NCBI GenBank assembly: GCA_016293205.1
Contig: JAEDES010000003.1
Coordinates: 5,777-69,776 of the forward strand
Source: Bacilli bacterium
Lineage (GTDB): Bacteria; Bacillota_I; Bacilli_A; RF39; UBA660
DNA length: 64,000 bases
Reading direction: 5' to 3'
Shown: in pieces, positions 38,839 through 48,365 of the stretch
Position numbering within the stretch: position 1 is the stretch's first letter
Layout: each line of letters starts with the position of its first letter
Notes under the pieces: model-generated
The model's input: only the letters and a program-made list of their open reading frames with translations
What the model was told of the DNA's origin: nothing
The model's database searches: none
Translations under genes and position numbers: made by a program

Positions 38839-40116
38839 CTAAATTTTATTTTCATTTAAACAGAATACTGCATATATTGGTATATATCTAACATCTTTTC
38901 TTGTTGAGAAGTTATTTTCAGTAATTCTATATGCTTGTGGTACTGTAAATTTTTTCATAAATACAGATAATGATTTTGCTTTAGATTGTGTTCTTGTAGC
39001 AATTTCTAGTGGAATAATTTGTCCTTTTCTATTTTGAATTACAAAATTTACTTCTGCTTTTCCGTCAGATTGATAATAGTATAAAGAATATCCTGCTTCT
39101 ACTAATGTTTTTGCAATATGATTTTCATATAGAGTTTCTCTTATTCTTTCATCTGTTGCTATTTGTTTATAGTTTAGATGGGACATTGTTACTAATAATC
39201 CATCATCTGGTATATATAATTTAAAACTATCTTTTTCACGACAACTACTTAGTGGTGATTTTACTGCTTTAATTTTAAAACTTCTATATACAATTTGATT
39301 ATTAATTAAGAAATTAATACTGCTTTCATATTCTTTTGCTCTTTTTCCAGTTCCCATTGTTCCGTATTGGAATTTTTTATTTTCTTTTTGTAATTGTTCT
39401 GGAATTGAATCAAATACTTCTATACCTCTTGGTATATCTATTAATACTTTATTTAACGCTACTTCTTTTTTATAAACATCTACTATTTTTTGTTTAATTG
39501 AATCTATTTCATATTCACTTTTTCCTGCAATTGATGCTGCTACAACTTCTGGTAGTCCTCCAGATATTAAATATTCTTGGAATAATTCCATTGCAACTTT
39601 GTGGAAAGGACAAGTCTTATGCTTTTCAAATGATTCTTTTATAAGTTCTGCAAGATTTTTTTCATTATGCGCCCATAAGAATTCTTCAAAGTCCATTTCT
39701 GACATACCTTTAAATTGTAATTCTTCTCCTTTAAACTCATTTAAACGTTCTCTATTTGAAGTTATACCAATGATATGATACTTACTTTTTGAACTTCCAA
39801 ATAGTTTCATACCTCTTACAACTTCAATTGATAATAAATTATCTAAGATGATCAATGTATCTTCTGGTAGGATAGTTTCCCCTGATATTAAGGAAAGATT
39901 TAAGATTAACTTCTCTGGTGATTTTTCTTTTTTAAATAATTCTTCTAATACTTTGTTATTTTCAGTATTGAAGTAAATTACGTTTTTATATTCATTTTTT
40001 CCAAACTCTAAGACAGAGTATGTCTTACCAACTTGTTTTGGACCATATAGTATTAGTGGTTTTCTTATAATATCTTTTTGCCACTTTCTAAAAAAAGCTT
40101 CTATTTTTCGTTCCAT
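38839..40116 (-). CDS. AAA-family ATPase with DUF4143-type C-terminal domain
   Basis: 425 aa with Walker A LYGPKQVGKT and AAA_14-like architecture. It lies 8 nt upstream of gpmI. Confidence 0.7.
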   Translation of the reverse strand: MERKIEAFFRKWQKDIIRKPLILYGPKQVGKTYSVLEFGKNEYKNVIYFNTENNKVLEELFKKEKSPEKLILNLSLISGETILPEDTLIILDNLLSIEVVRGMKLFGSSKSKYHIIGITSNRERLNEFKGEELQFKGMSEMDFEEFLWAHNEKNLAELIKESFEKHKTCPFHKVAMELFQEYLISGGLPEVVAASIAGKSEYEIDSIKQKIVDVYKKEVALNKVLIDIPRGIEVFDSIPEQLQKENKKFQYGTMGTGKRAKEYESSINFLINNQIVYRSFKIKAVKSPLSSCREKDSFKLYIPDDGLLVTMSHLNYKQIATDERIRETLYENHIAKTLVEAGYSLYYYQSDGKAEVNFVIQNRKGQIIPLEIATRTQSKAKSLSVFMKKFTVPQAYRITENNFSTRKDVRYIPIYAVFCLNENKI

Positions 40117-40149
40117 TTACTGTATCCTCCTAACATATTTCATAAATTT

Positions 40150-40178
40150 AGTATACTTATTAATTGTCATAAAGTCAA
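40150..40178 (-). promoter_or_regulatory. SigA-type promoter for the AAA ATPase-gpmI pair (TTGACT-17-TATACT)
   Basis: Reverse complement reads TTGACTttatgacaattaataagTATACT. Confidence 0.55.
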
Positions 40179-40214
40179 TAAATGTATTTGCGAAAGCAAA
40201 AAAAATAACTTAAA

Positions 40215-40245
40215 ATAAAAAAAACAACTATATTTTAGAGTTGTT
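40215..40245 (-). terminator. Rho-independent terminator of spo0A
   Basis: Minus strand reads AACAACT-ctaaaatat-AGTTGTT followed by a T8 run. Confidence 0.65.
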
Positions 40246-40261
40246 TTCTTATTAAAACCTA

Positions 40262-41038
40262 TTATCTAGTCAAAAGTGGTTTATTATATTCTAATCTTAA
40301 TTTGTCAGCTATTGTAATTATAAATTCCGAATTAGTCGGTTTCGCTTTATCAATATCTACACTATGTCCAAAAATATCTTCCATTAATTGCCAATTACCT
40401 CTATTCCAACTTACTTCTATAGCATGCCTTATAGCTCGTTCTACTCTAGAGACGGTGGTTTTGAAACATTTTGCAATTTCTGGATAAAGTTCTTTAGTAA
40501 TTCCTCCTATTATTTCAGGATTTTTATAAACAAGTGTAATTCCTTCTCTTATATATTGATACCCTTTAATATGAGACGGGACACCTAACTCATGAAGTGT
40601 TTTAGTAATACAAATTTGAAGATTGTTATGAAAAACATCTAAAGTATGACTCCCATATTTAACACCAATCATTACCTCTTTAATTCTTTTTTCGAGATCT
40701 TCTAGTCGATAAGGTTTTAATAAGAAGTAATTAACTCTATATTCTGATACTCTTCTTATAACATCTTGAGTATTATAAGAAGTTACTACTATAACTTTTT
40801 TGTCAATATTCTTCTCTTCAAGATATTCTAGGATACACAGTCCATCCTTAGTAGGTAAAATCAAATCCATTATTATCATGTCATATTCATCTTGTTTTGA
40901 TTCAATTAGTCTAATTGCTTCTTCTCCATCATTTGCAGAAAGTGACACTGTTATCTCAGCATTATCTTTAAAGTATTCTTTGATTGTATCTACTAAGCAT
41001 TTATTGTCATCTACTACGAATAGTCTTGTTTTGTTCAT
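40262..41038 (-). CDS. spo0A: Sporulation master response regulator Spo0A
   Basis: 258 aa. It has a receiver domain (VVDDN...IIMDLILP) and the diagnostic Spo0A C-terminal block [16 protein letters not shown]...[21 protein letters not shown]...[18 protein letters not shown]. Confidence 0.95.
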   Translation of the reverse strand: MNKTRLFVVDDNKCLVDTIKEYFKDNAEITVSLSANDGEEAIRLIESKQDEYDMIIMDLILPTKDGLCILEYLEEKNIDKKVIVVTSYNTQDVIRRVSEYRVNYFLLKPYRLEDLEKRIKEVMIGVKYGSHTLDVFHNNLQICITKTLHELGVPSHIKGYQYIREGITLVYKNPEIIGGITKELYPEIAKCFKTTVSRVERAIRHAIEVSWNRGNWQLMEDIFGHSVDIDKAKPTNSEFIITIADKLRLEYNKPLLTR

Positions 41039-41119
41039 GGTGCTCTCAATTTTATATTACGCGTATTCTAATTATATAATATTTTGTCATAAATTGGTAG
41101 AAAAAAAAAAGACAACTTT

Positions 41120-41126
41120 TGTCGAA
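41120..41126 (+). promoter_or_regulatory. Perfect match to the Spo0A-box core TGTCGAA upstream of spo0A
   Basis: This 7-mer is read on the plus strand about 85 nt upstream of the spo0A start. It also overlaps the weak tpiA terminator hairpin, so it may be coincidental. Confidence 0.3.
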
Positions 41127-41134
41127 ATTGCCTT

Positions 41135-41830
41135 TTATAGTTTTTCTATAAACTCTTTTAAAGTATTTGGTTTTAAACTTAATCCACCTAGTAAATATCC
41201 GTCTATAGTTGGACATTTCTTTAGTTCCTCAATATTTTTTTCATTAGCGCTTCCACCATATAAGATTTTACTTTCTGGTAGTAATGATTTTATTAGTTGA
41301 AGAACTTCTTCTATTTCATCATTTGTTGGGATTAATCCTGTACCGATTGACCAAATAGGTTCGTATGCAACTATAAGAGTTGCTTTTTCTTCATTAGTTA
41401 ATCCTTCTGTATCTTTTGTTATTTCATTAGTAATAACATCAACTACTTTATTTTGTTCTCTTTCTTCTCTAGTTTCTCCACAGCATAGGATTGGAGTGAT
41501 TCCTGCTTGAAATAATTTTTTTAACTTTTGATTTATTTCTTCATCAGTTTCTCCAAGTTCTTGTCTTCTTTCAGAGTGACCTACAATACAATATTTAACA
41601 TTATATGACGCTAAATCTGTTGCAGATACTTCTCCAGTATGGGCTCCTTTGTCGTTTTTACTTACATTTTGTGCTCCAAGAGAACAATTTTTTAAACTAA
41701 AGTTAGCAATGTTTAAATGTGTTGGACACATTATCATTGGATGTTCTGTTGATAATTTTGAAAATTCTTCTTGATATGAATCAAATTCTTCTTTATTTAA
41801 ATTTGATTTATTATTTAATGCTATAATCAT
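41135..41830 (-). CDS. tpiA: Triosephosphate isomerase
   Basis: 231 aa with VGHSERR, CCGET and AYEPIWSIGTG. Confidence 0.93.
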   Translation of the reverse strand: MIIALNNKSNLNKEEFDSYQEEFSKLSTEHPMIMCPTHLNIANFSLKNCSLGAQNVSKNDKGAHTGEVSATDLASYNVKYCIVGHSERRQELGETDEEINQKLKKLFQAGITPILCCGETREEREQNKVVDVITNEITKDTEGLTNEEKATLIVAYEPIWSIGTGLIPTNDEIEEVLQLIKSLLPESKILYGGSANEKNIEELKKCPTIDGYLLGGLSLKPNTLKEFIEKL

Positions 41831-41833
41831 TTT

Positions 41834-43057
41834 TTACTCTCCTTTAAAGAAATTAGCTATTTTAGTAAATAATCCTGTTTTTTCTTTCTTTTCTTTTAAT
41901 GCTCTTTGATATACTTCAAGTACACTTAAGGCATAACTACGTGAACTACAGTGTTCTGCTTGAACTCTAGCTTGCTTACTGTACGTATCAATCATCTTCT
42001 TATTTTCATAGAACTCTGTTACTTGATTTACATATTCCTCTTGATTTTTGAATACTCTACCATTTAATTCATCTGTTACTGTTCCTCTAAATGATTCATC
42101 ATCAATACATAAAGGAGGTATTCCTGCTGCCATTGCTTCTATTACAGTTAATCCTTGTGTTTCTGTAGTAGATGCAGTTGCAAAAACGTTTGATGCATGA
42201 TAGTAGATTGGAATTTCTTGCCAGGCTGCTTTACCATTAAAAATAACATTTTCTTTTAATCCTAAGTTTTCAGCTAATTGTTCATATTTTTGTTTATCTG
42301 GTCCATCTCCAACTATTAGTAATTTAATATGATCATCATATTCTACTAATTTCTTTTGAGCTTCTATTAAAAATTCTACATTCTTTTCTTGTGCTAGACG
42401 ACCTACAAATAAAATTACAAATTCATTCTTCTTGAATCCTAATTTTTTCTTTAGCATTTCTACTTCTTTTTTATTTATATTTTCTTCAAAGAAACGATCA
42501 ACTTCTATTCCTGTTGGAATAATATGAATATTCTTTGTGAAGTTATATTTTTCTTTAAATAAACTATATATTTTATTAGTTGGTACGATTAATTCGTTTG
42601 CTGTTTTATCACAATAGAATTTTGTTAAATACTCAACTATTTTTTTACTTGATTTTTCAAAATATCCATGAGTTATATAATGAGTGTAATCTTCATATAA
42701 AGTATGATATGTATGTACTAGAGGAATATTAAATTGTTTTGCAAATAGTCTTGCTAAAATACCTACTCCAAACTCAGTATGAGAATGAATTACATCTAAG
42801 TTCCATTTTTTCATTTTATTAATTAACGTTACTGGATAAATGCTACTTAGTCTGTAATCATATATACCAATTGGAATACCTGCTACTTTTAATATTCTTT
42901 CTTTTTCATCATATTCATGTTTTAAGGCATTATTGCTTACTGTTACAACATATACTGTATGTCCTTGTTGTTCTAATGCTCTTTTTAACATTGCTACACT
43001 TGTTGATACTCCATTTATGAATGGAGGGTATGTATCTGTGAATAATCCGATACGCAT
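41834..43057 (-). CDS. GT4-family glycosyltransferase, alpha-monoglucosyldiacylglycerol synthase-like (glycolipid synthesis)
   Basis: 407 aa. N-terminus MRIGLFTDTYPPFINGVSTSV is typical of alMGS/CpoA-type enzymes. It has the EX7E-type block TETQGLTVIEAMAAG. Confidence 0.75.
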   Translation of the reverse strand: MRIGLFTDTYPPFINGVSTSVAMLKRALEQQGHTVYVVTVSNNALKHEYDEKERILKVAGIPIGIYDYRLSSIYPVTLINKMKKWNLDVIHSHTEFGVGILARLFAKQFNIPLVHTYHTLYEDYTHYITHGYFEKSSKKIVEYLTKFYCDKTANELIVPTNKIYSLFKEKYNFTKNIHIIPTGIEVDRFFEENINKKEVEMLKKKLGFKKNEFVILFVGRLAQEKNVEFLIEAQKKLVEYDDHIKLLIVGDGPDKQKYEQLAENLGLKENVIFNGKAAWQEIPIYYHASNVFATASTTETQGLTVIEAMAAGIPPLCIDDESFRGTVTDELNGRVFKNQEEYVNQVTEFYENKKMIDTYSKQARVQAEHCSSRSYALSVLEVYQRALKEKKEKTGLFTKIANFFKGE

Positions 43058-43089
43058 ATTTTCACCTTCCTATAAAAAAAGACAAGAGT

Positions 43090-43596
43090 CTAGTGTAGAT
43101 GAGTAAAGTTACTACTAACTGCTTGACTTTCTTTTTCTTTTAAATATGTTATATAGCCATCTTCTTCTCCAAGATTTTCAAATGATTGTTCCATGCTATC
43201 TATTAGTGGTCTTTCTGTTGATTTAATTGATACAAATACTTCTTCCATACCTAGTATATTTAGAGCGTAGTCTGCTGCTAAATTGATAATAGGTCTTTTT
43301 TTCTTTTGAGATAATGGCGCAAAATAGATATTACAGGTTTTTATATCTTTAGATACATGAATTATACAAGCATCTGTTATACTCTTTTGACCTGTATATA
43401 GAGTTAAAGATATTTCATTATCTTTAGCTAGATGTTCCTTGTATTCTTCTTCTGTTTTTTGTCCTCTTGTAGTTAAAAGGGCAGTTGTTGCATATGTTGG
43501 TAAATTATTATCTCTTTCGAAATTGTCTAGTAATTCCATATGTTCGTTGTTATATGGACTTACTACTGTTAATTTATTTGTATTCAATCGTTCCAC
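43090..43596 (-). CDS. 168-aa protein of unknown function (possibly a degenerate GNAT-like fold)
   Basis: Its start abuts the pgk stop (43596/43597). The C-terminal half LNILGMEEVFVSIKSTERPLIDSMEQSFENLGEEDG loosely resembles the GNAT beta4-alpha3-beta5 region. No clear acetyl-CoA loop is present. Confidence 0.4.
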   Translation of the reverse strand: MERLNTNKLTVVSPYNNEHMELLDNFERDNNLPTYATTALLTTRGQKTEEEYKEHLAKDNEISLTLYTGQKSITDACIIHVSKDIKTCNIYFAPLSQKKKRPIINLAADYALNILGMEEVFVSIKSTERPLIDSMEQSFENLGEEDGYITYLKEKESQAVSSNFTHLH

Positions 43597-44775
43597 CTAC
43601 TTTATTGCTTCAATTCCTGGTAATGTTTTTCCTTCTAGATATTCTAGAGTAGCCCCTCCTCCTGTTGAAGCATGATATACTTTTTCTTTTAGATTTGCTG
43701 CAGCTGCTGCGGCAACGATGTCTCCACCACCTAAAATTGTTTTTATATCATTATCTACTAAGAATTGTAATAATTCATCAGTATGTTTTTTATATTTTTC
43801 AAATTCATAAACACCTAATGGTCCATTCCAAAGTACTGTTTTTGCATTTTTTAAATGATTTGCAAAAGCTTCTTTTGTTTCTGGTCCAATGTCTAATCCC
43901 ATTTCATTGTATTCAATTTCATTAATTAAACGAACTTTATATTCTTCATCATTAGAATATTCTGTTGTTACTGCTACGTCTACAGGTAAAACTATTTTGT
44001 CCCCATATTCTTTTAATATTCTTTTACAGAATTCTAAGTTTTCTTCATCTAATAGAGATGTTCCAATTTCATAATTTTCTGCTTTTAAGAATGTGAAAGC
44101 CATTCCTCCACCAATTAAAATCTTATCAGCTTTTGTTACTAAGTTTTCAATTACACCAATCTTATCAGATACTTTTGCTCCTCCTAGAACAACCATAAAT
44201 GGTTTTTCTGGATTATCTAAAGTACTTAGTGCAGTTAATTCTTTTTCTATTAAGAATCCAAATGCAGAATTTCCTGGTAAATTTGTAGCAATACCTACAT
44301 TTGATGCATGAGCTCTATGGATTGTTCCAAAAGCATCATTGATAAATACATCTCCTAATGATGCCCAATATTTACCTAATTCTTCATCATTCTTGCTTTC
44401 TTTTTTTCCGTCTAAATCTTCGTAACGTGTATTTTGGATTAATACAACGTCACCATCTTTCATGTTATTGATTGCTTCTTCTAGTTTTTCTCCTCTTGTT
44501 TCATCAATAAATGTTACTGGTCTTTCTAATAATTCTTCTAATCTTTTTGCTACTGGAGCTAGATTATTCTTTTCTAAGTCCGCTTCTTCTTTTACTCTTC
44601 CTAAGTGTGAAAGTAAAATTACTTTAGCATTTTTTTCTAAACAGTAGTTAATTGTTTGTAAACTACTTACGATTCTTGTATCGTCTCCAATTTTTCCATC
44701 TTTTAGTGGAACATTGAAGTCACAACGAATAAGTACTTTCTTATTATCAATATTTAAGTCCTTGATTGTTTTCAT
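43597..44775 (-). CDS. pgk: Phosphoglycerate kinase
   Basis: 392 aa with RCDFNVPL, LSHLGR and STGGGA.LE.LEGK.LPG. Confidence 0.96.
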   Translation of the reverse strand: MKTIKDLNIDNKKVLIRCDFNVPLKDGKIGDDTRIVSSLQTINYCLEKNAKVILLSHLGRVKEEADLEKNNLAPVAKRLEELLERPVTFIDETRGEKLEEAINNMKDGDVVLIQNTRYEDLDGKKESKNDEELGKYWASLGDVFINDAFGTIHRAHASNVGIATNLPGNSAFGFLIEKELTALSTLDNPEKPFMVVLGGAKVSDKIGVIENLVTKADKILIGGGMAFTFLKAENYEIGTSLLDEENLEFCKRILKEYGDKIVLPVDVAVTTEYSNDEEYKVRLINEIEYNEMGLDIGPETKEAFANHLKNAKTVLWNGPLGVYEFEKYKKHTDELLQFLVDNDIKTILGGGDIVAAAAAANLKEKVYHASTGGGATLEYLEGKTLPGIEAIK

Positions 44776-44862
44776 AGGTCATATTCTCCTTGTCTTAATT
44801 TAAGTATATCATTTTTGATAAATAAAAAAAAGGAATTGCTTCCTTTTTAACTTATTTTTACA

Positions 44863-45867
44863 CTATTTTTCCATTAAGTATTTAGCTGTTCTTACCATTT
44901 GAGCAGTATAACTCATTTCATTGTCATACCAAGATACAACTTTAACTAATTGTTTTCCGTTTACTTCTAAAACATTAGTACTTAATCCATCTACTAATGA
45001 ACCGCATCTACGTCCGATTACGTCGCTTGAAACGATTGGATCTTCTGTGTATTCAAGTGTTTCATTTGTAGCAGCTTTTAATGCAGCATTAATTTCTTCT
45101 GCAGTAGTGTTTGTTTTTAATTCAAGTGTTAAGTCAACAACTGATCCTGTTGGTACAGGTACACGCATTGCAGTTCCATCTAATTTTCCTGCTAAATTTG
45201 GACAAACTAATCCAATTGCAGAAGCTGCACCAGTTGATGCTGGAACGATATTTGCAGCACAAGCTCTACCACGACGTGCTTTGATACCTTTTTTATGAGC
45301 GATATCAAGTGATGCTTGGTCGTTTGTATAAGCATGAACTGTTGTCATATATCCTTTTTCAATTCCAAATTTTTTATCTAAAACGTCAACAACTGGAGCT
45401 AAACAGTTAGTAGTACAAGAAGCTGCACTAATAATTTTTTCATCTCCTGTTAATGTTTCATGGTTTACGTTGTAAACGATAGTTTTAATATCACCTTTTG
45501 CTGGTGCAGAGATAATTACTTTTTTAGCTCCTGCATTAATGTGTGCCATAGCTTTTTCTTCAGATGTGAATAATCCTGTACATTCAAATACAACATCTAC
45601 ATCTAATTCTTTCCAAGGTAACATTGCTGGGTCTTTTTCAGCATATACTTTTACGCGTCTATTACCGATAATAATTTCATCTTCATCGTTAGAAATTTCA
45701 TCAATACGATAATTTCTATGATTAGTATCATATTTTAATAAATATGCTAATTGTTCTGCATCTGTTAAGTCATTAATAGCAACTACTTCAAATTCTTCAT
45801 TTTCTTCCATTAAACGGAAACATAATCTTCCGATTCTTCCGAATCCATTGATTGCAACTTTGATCAT
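44863..45867 (-). CDS. gap: Glyceraldehyde-3-phosphate dehydrogenase (type I)
   Basis: 334 aa with INGFGRIGR, SCTTNCLAP and WYDNE. Confidence 0.97.
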   Translation of the reverse strand: MIKVAINGFGRIGRLCFRLMEENEEFEVVAINDLTDAEQLAYLLKYDTNHRNYRIDEISNDEDEIIIGNRRVKVYAEKDPAMLPWKELDVDVVFECTGLFTSEEKAMAHINAGAKKVIISAPAKGDIKTIVYNVNHETLTGDEKIISAASCTTNCLAPVVDVLDKKFGIEKGYMTTVHAYTNDQASLDIAHKKGIKARRGRACAANIVPASTGAASAIGLVCPNLAGKLDGTAMRVPVPTGSVVDLTLELKTNTTAEEINAALKAATNETLEYTEDPIVSSDVIGRRCGSLVDGLSTNVLEVNGKQLVKVVSWYDNEMSYTAQMVRTAKYLMEK

Positions 45868-45994
45868 TTATAAATCCTCTCCTTTTATACTTTCATTATA
45901 AATAGTTATTTTTTTGGTTTCAATATATTCGACTTATTTTTACACTTTTCGATGTAAAAATATTTTATCCACAAGTTGTCTTTATATAAATAAA

Positions 45995-46019
45995 AATATC
46001 CACAGTTATTGTGGATATT
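45995..46019 (-). terminator. Rho-independent terminator of the uridine-kinase-like gene
   Basis: AATATCCAC-agttatt-GTGGATATT followed by a T-rich run on the minus strand. Confidence 0.7.
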
Positions 46020-46021
46020 TA

Positions 46022-47677
46022 TTATTCATGGAAATAGCTTCCTCCAATAAATTCTCTTAATATAGAATCTGCTGGAATAGCGTCTGCAGGAATTGGTAAG
46101 AATAATCTTAAGAAATTAATTAATCTCTTAGCTTCTTCATAATATGGAGAATCACTATCTACTGAATATAGTAATGGTTCTACATATGTTTTTAATACAC
46201 CAATTTCATAAATTAATGCAGAGTTGATTGTAGCATCAGCATCATCTTGGAATGGGAAGATGTATTTTTCTTCACCACGACGAACACTTGGCCATAATTT
46301 TAATGTATGGTCTACTCCATAACCTCTCGTTCTATTGTCTCTAATAATACGACGTAGTAATCTATTATCACTTGTACAAATACGGTTATGGTCATCCATA
46401 TTAATTTCTGTTAATGCAGAAATATAAATCTTATATTTTTTCTTACGATCAATATTAGTTAAAATTTTATCATCTAAGGCATGAATACCTTCAATAATCA
46501 TAATGTCATCATCTGCAAATTGCATTTCATTTTTAAATTCTTTAATTCCGGCAGCAAAGTTAAATGTTGGTACAGTAACTTTTTCTCCTCTTAATAGTGC
46601 GGCCATTTGTTTGTCAAATAATTTAACATCCATCGCTTCAAGACATTCATAGTCTGGTTTTCCATCTTCGTCTAGTGGAGTTTGGTCTCTTTCTACAAAA
46701 TAATCATCCATAGAAATAACTTTTGGTGTTAAACCAAAACTTTGTAAATACATACATAATTTTCTTGATGATGTTGTTTTTCCTGAAGAAGATGGTCCCG
46801 CTACTAAGACAATTTTTACATCTTTCTTTCTTGCATTAATTTCTTGTGCTACTTGTAACATTCTATTACTTTTTAATGTTTCATCAATTTTTATTAAATC
46901 ATTTATTTTACCTGTTGATACTATTTTATTTAAATCAACAGCATTTTCTATTTTCATTATTTTGGCCCAATCACGTTGTTCTTTAAATACAGCAAACATG
47001 TTTGGTTGATGCTTATATTCTTTTATTTTTCCATTTGAATATGTAGTTGGGAATCTTAATACAAATCCATAATCATTTACTAAAGTAAAATCAAAATCTT
47101 TTAATCTTGAAGTACTATTAGCCATTGGACCATAGAAATAATTATATGAGTTACCTAACCTATATAAAGTAATATAACTATTAGTATTGTATTTCATTAC
47201 TCCTGCTTTAGCATAGTCTTTTATTCCATTAAAATACTTTATAGCTTCAAGACGATCAATTGTTACTTTTGAGATAGGCATGTCTGCACTAATAATTGAT
47301 TTCATTGTATCTTTTAATGCTTTTAATCTGTTTTCAGTAACTTTAAATGTAGTTTCAATATAAATACCTTTATCTAATGAATGTTGAACAATTATATTGT
47401 TATCATTTCCAAATAACTTTTTAACAGCATATACCATTATATATACAAGTCCGTTTGTATGAGCACGTCCACCTTCTCTAGATGTTAAATCTAAAAATTC
47501 AATTTCACAATCTTCTTTTAGTTTACTTGATAATTCTTTTACTCTATTATTTACGCGTGCTAAAAGAATAGGAAACTTTTTATCTTTTTGATGTTCTGTA
47601 GCAATTTCTTCAAGAGTCACTCCTTTTGAATATGTATATTCTTGATTATTTATTTTTACTTTTACTGTTTCTATCAT
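46022..47677 (-). CDS. Uridine/nucleoside kinase-family protein with N-terminal TGS-like extension
   Basis: 551 aa with P-loop VAGPSSSGKTT in the C-terminal PRK/Udk-like domain. The N-terminus (VKVKINNQEYTYSKGVTLEEIA) is TGS-like. Confidence 0.7.
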   Translation of the reverse strand: MIETVKVKINNQEYTYSKGVTLEEIATEHQKDKKFPILLARVNNRVKELSSKLKEDCEIEFLDLTSREGGRAHTNGLVYIMVYAVKKLFGNDNNIIVQHSLDKGIYIETTFKVTENRLKALKDTMKSIISADMPISKVTIDRLEAIKYFNGIKDYAKAGVMKYNTNSYITLYRLGNSYNYFYGPMANSTSRLKDFDFTLVNDYGFVLRFPTTYSNGKIKEYKHQPNMFAVFKEQRDWAKIMKIENAVDLNKIVSTGKINDLIKIDETLKSNRMLQVAQEINARKKDVKIVLVAGPSSSGKTTSSRKLCMYLQSFGLTPKVISMDDYFVERDQTPLDEDGKPDYECLEAMDVKLFDKQMAALLRGEKVTVPTFNFAAGIKEFKNEMQFADDDIMIIEGIHALDDKILTNIDRKKKYKIYISALTEINMDDHNRICTSDNRLLRRIIRDNRTRGYGVDHTLKLWPSVRRGEEKYIFPFQDDADATINSALIYEIGVLKTYVEPLLYSVDSDSPYYEEAKRLINFLRLFLPIPADAIPADSILREFIGGSYFHE

Positions 47678-47784
47678 TAGACCACCCTTTTTCTCATCTT
47701 GTTATCATTATAGCATATTTTGTAGATTTAAAATATGTATAAATGTATTTGTTTACACAATAATATGTATAGGTGATATTATTT

Positions 47785-48357
47785 ATGAATTTAATTCCAG
47801 TTGTTGTTGATAAAGAAATTAATGGTGAAAGAAGTTATGATATTTATTCTAGATTGTTAAAAGAAAGAATTATTTTTATTAGTGGAGAGATTAATGATAA
47901 TCTTGCAAATACTGTTATTGCTGAACTATTGTATTTAGATTCTATTAATCATGAAGATATTTCTATTTACATTAATTCTCCAGGTGGAGTGATTACTGCT
48001 GGTATGGCAATATATGACACCATGCAATTTATAAAAAGTGATGTTGTTACTATTTGTATGGGAATGGCAGCAAGTATGGCCGCTTTCTTATTATCTAGTG
48101 GTACTCGCGGTAAGAGATTTATTTTGCCTCATGCAGATGTTATGATTCATCAACCTTTAGGTGGTGCAGAAGGACAAGCTACTGATATTAAGATTGCTTG
48201 TGACCGTATTTTAAATTTAAGAAATCGTTTAAATAATATCTTGGCTGATAATACAGGTAAAGCTTTATCTCAAATAGAAGAAGATACTGAAAGAGATAAT
48301 TATTTAAATGCAGAAGAAGCTTTAGAATATGGACTTGTTGATAAAATTATAAAATAA
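47785..48357 (+). CDS. clpP: ATP-dependent Clp protease proteolytic subunit
   Basis: [17 protein letters not shown], catalytic MAASMAA, and H in MIHQPLGG. The ATG at 47785 with an AGGTGA RBS is preferred over the track start 47773. Confidence 0.95.
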   Translation: MNLIPVVVDKEINGERSYDIYSRLLKERIIFISGEINDNLANTVIAELLYLDSINHEDISIYINSPGGVITAGMAIYDTMQFIKSDVVTICMGMAASMAAFLLSSGTRGKRFILPHADVMIHQPLGGAEGQATDIKIACDRILNLRNRLNNILADNTGKALSQIEEDTERDNYLNAEEALEYGLVDKIIK

Positions 48358-48365
48358 AAAAGGAC

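Noticed and set aside
40800-41300. 166-aa plus-strand ORF spanning spo0A, the spacer and tpiA
   Set aside because: It is antisense to two well-supported genes and crosses a terminator. It has low-complexity Ser/Ile/Phe content.
44921-45298. 125-aa plus-strand ORF
   Set aside because: It is antisense to gap. Other plus-strand ORFs opposite pgk (43665..44647) were rejected for the same reason.
47678-47784. Expected CtsR operator (GGTCAAA direct repeat) upstream of clpP
   Set aside because: No GGTCAAA-like heptad repeat is present in the spacer.
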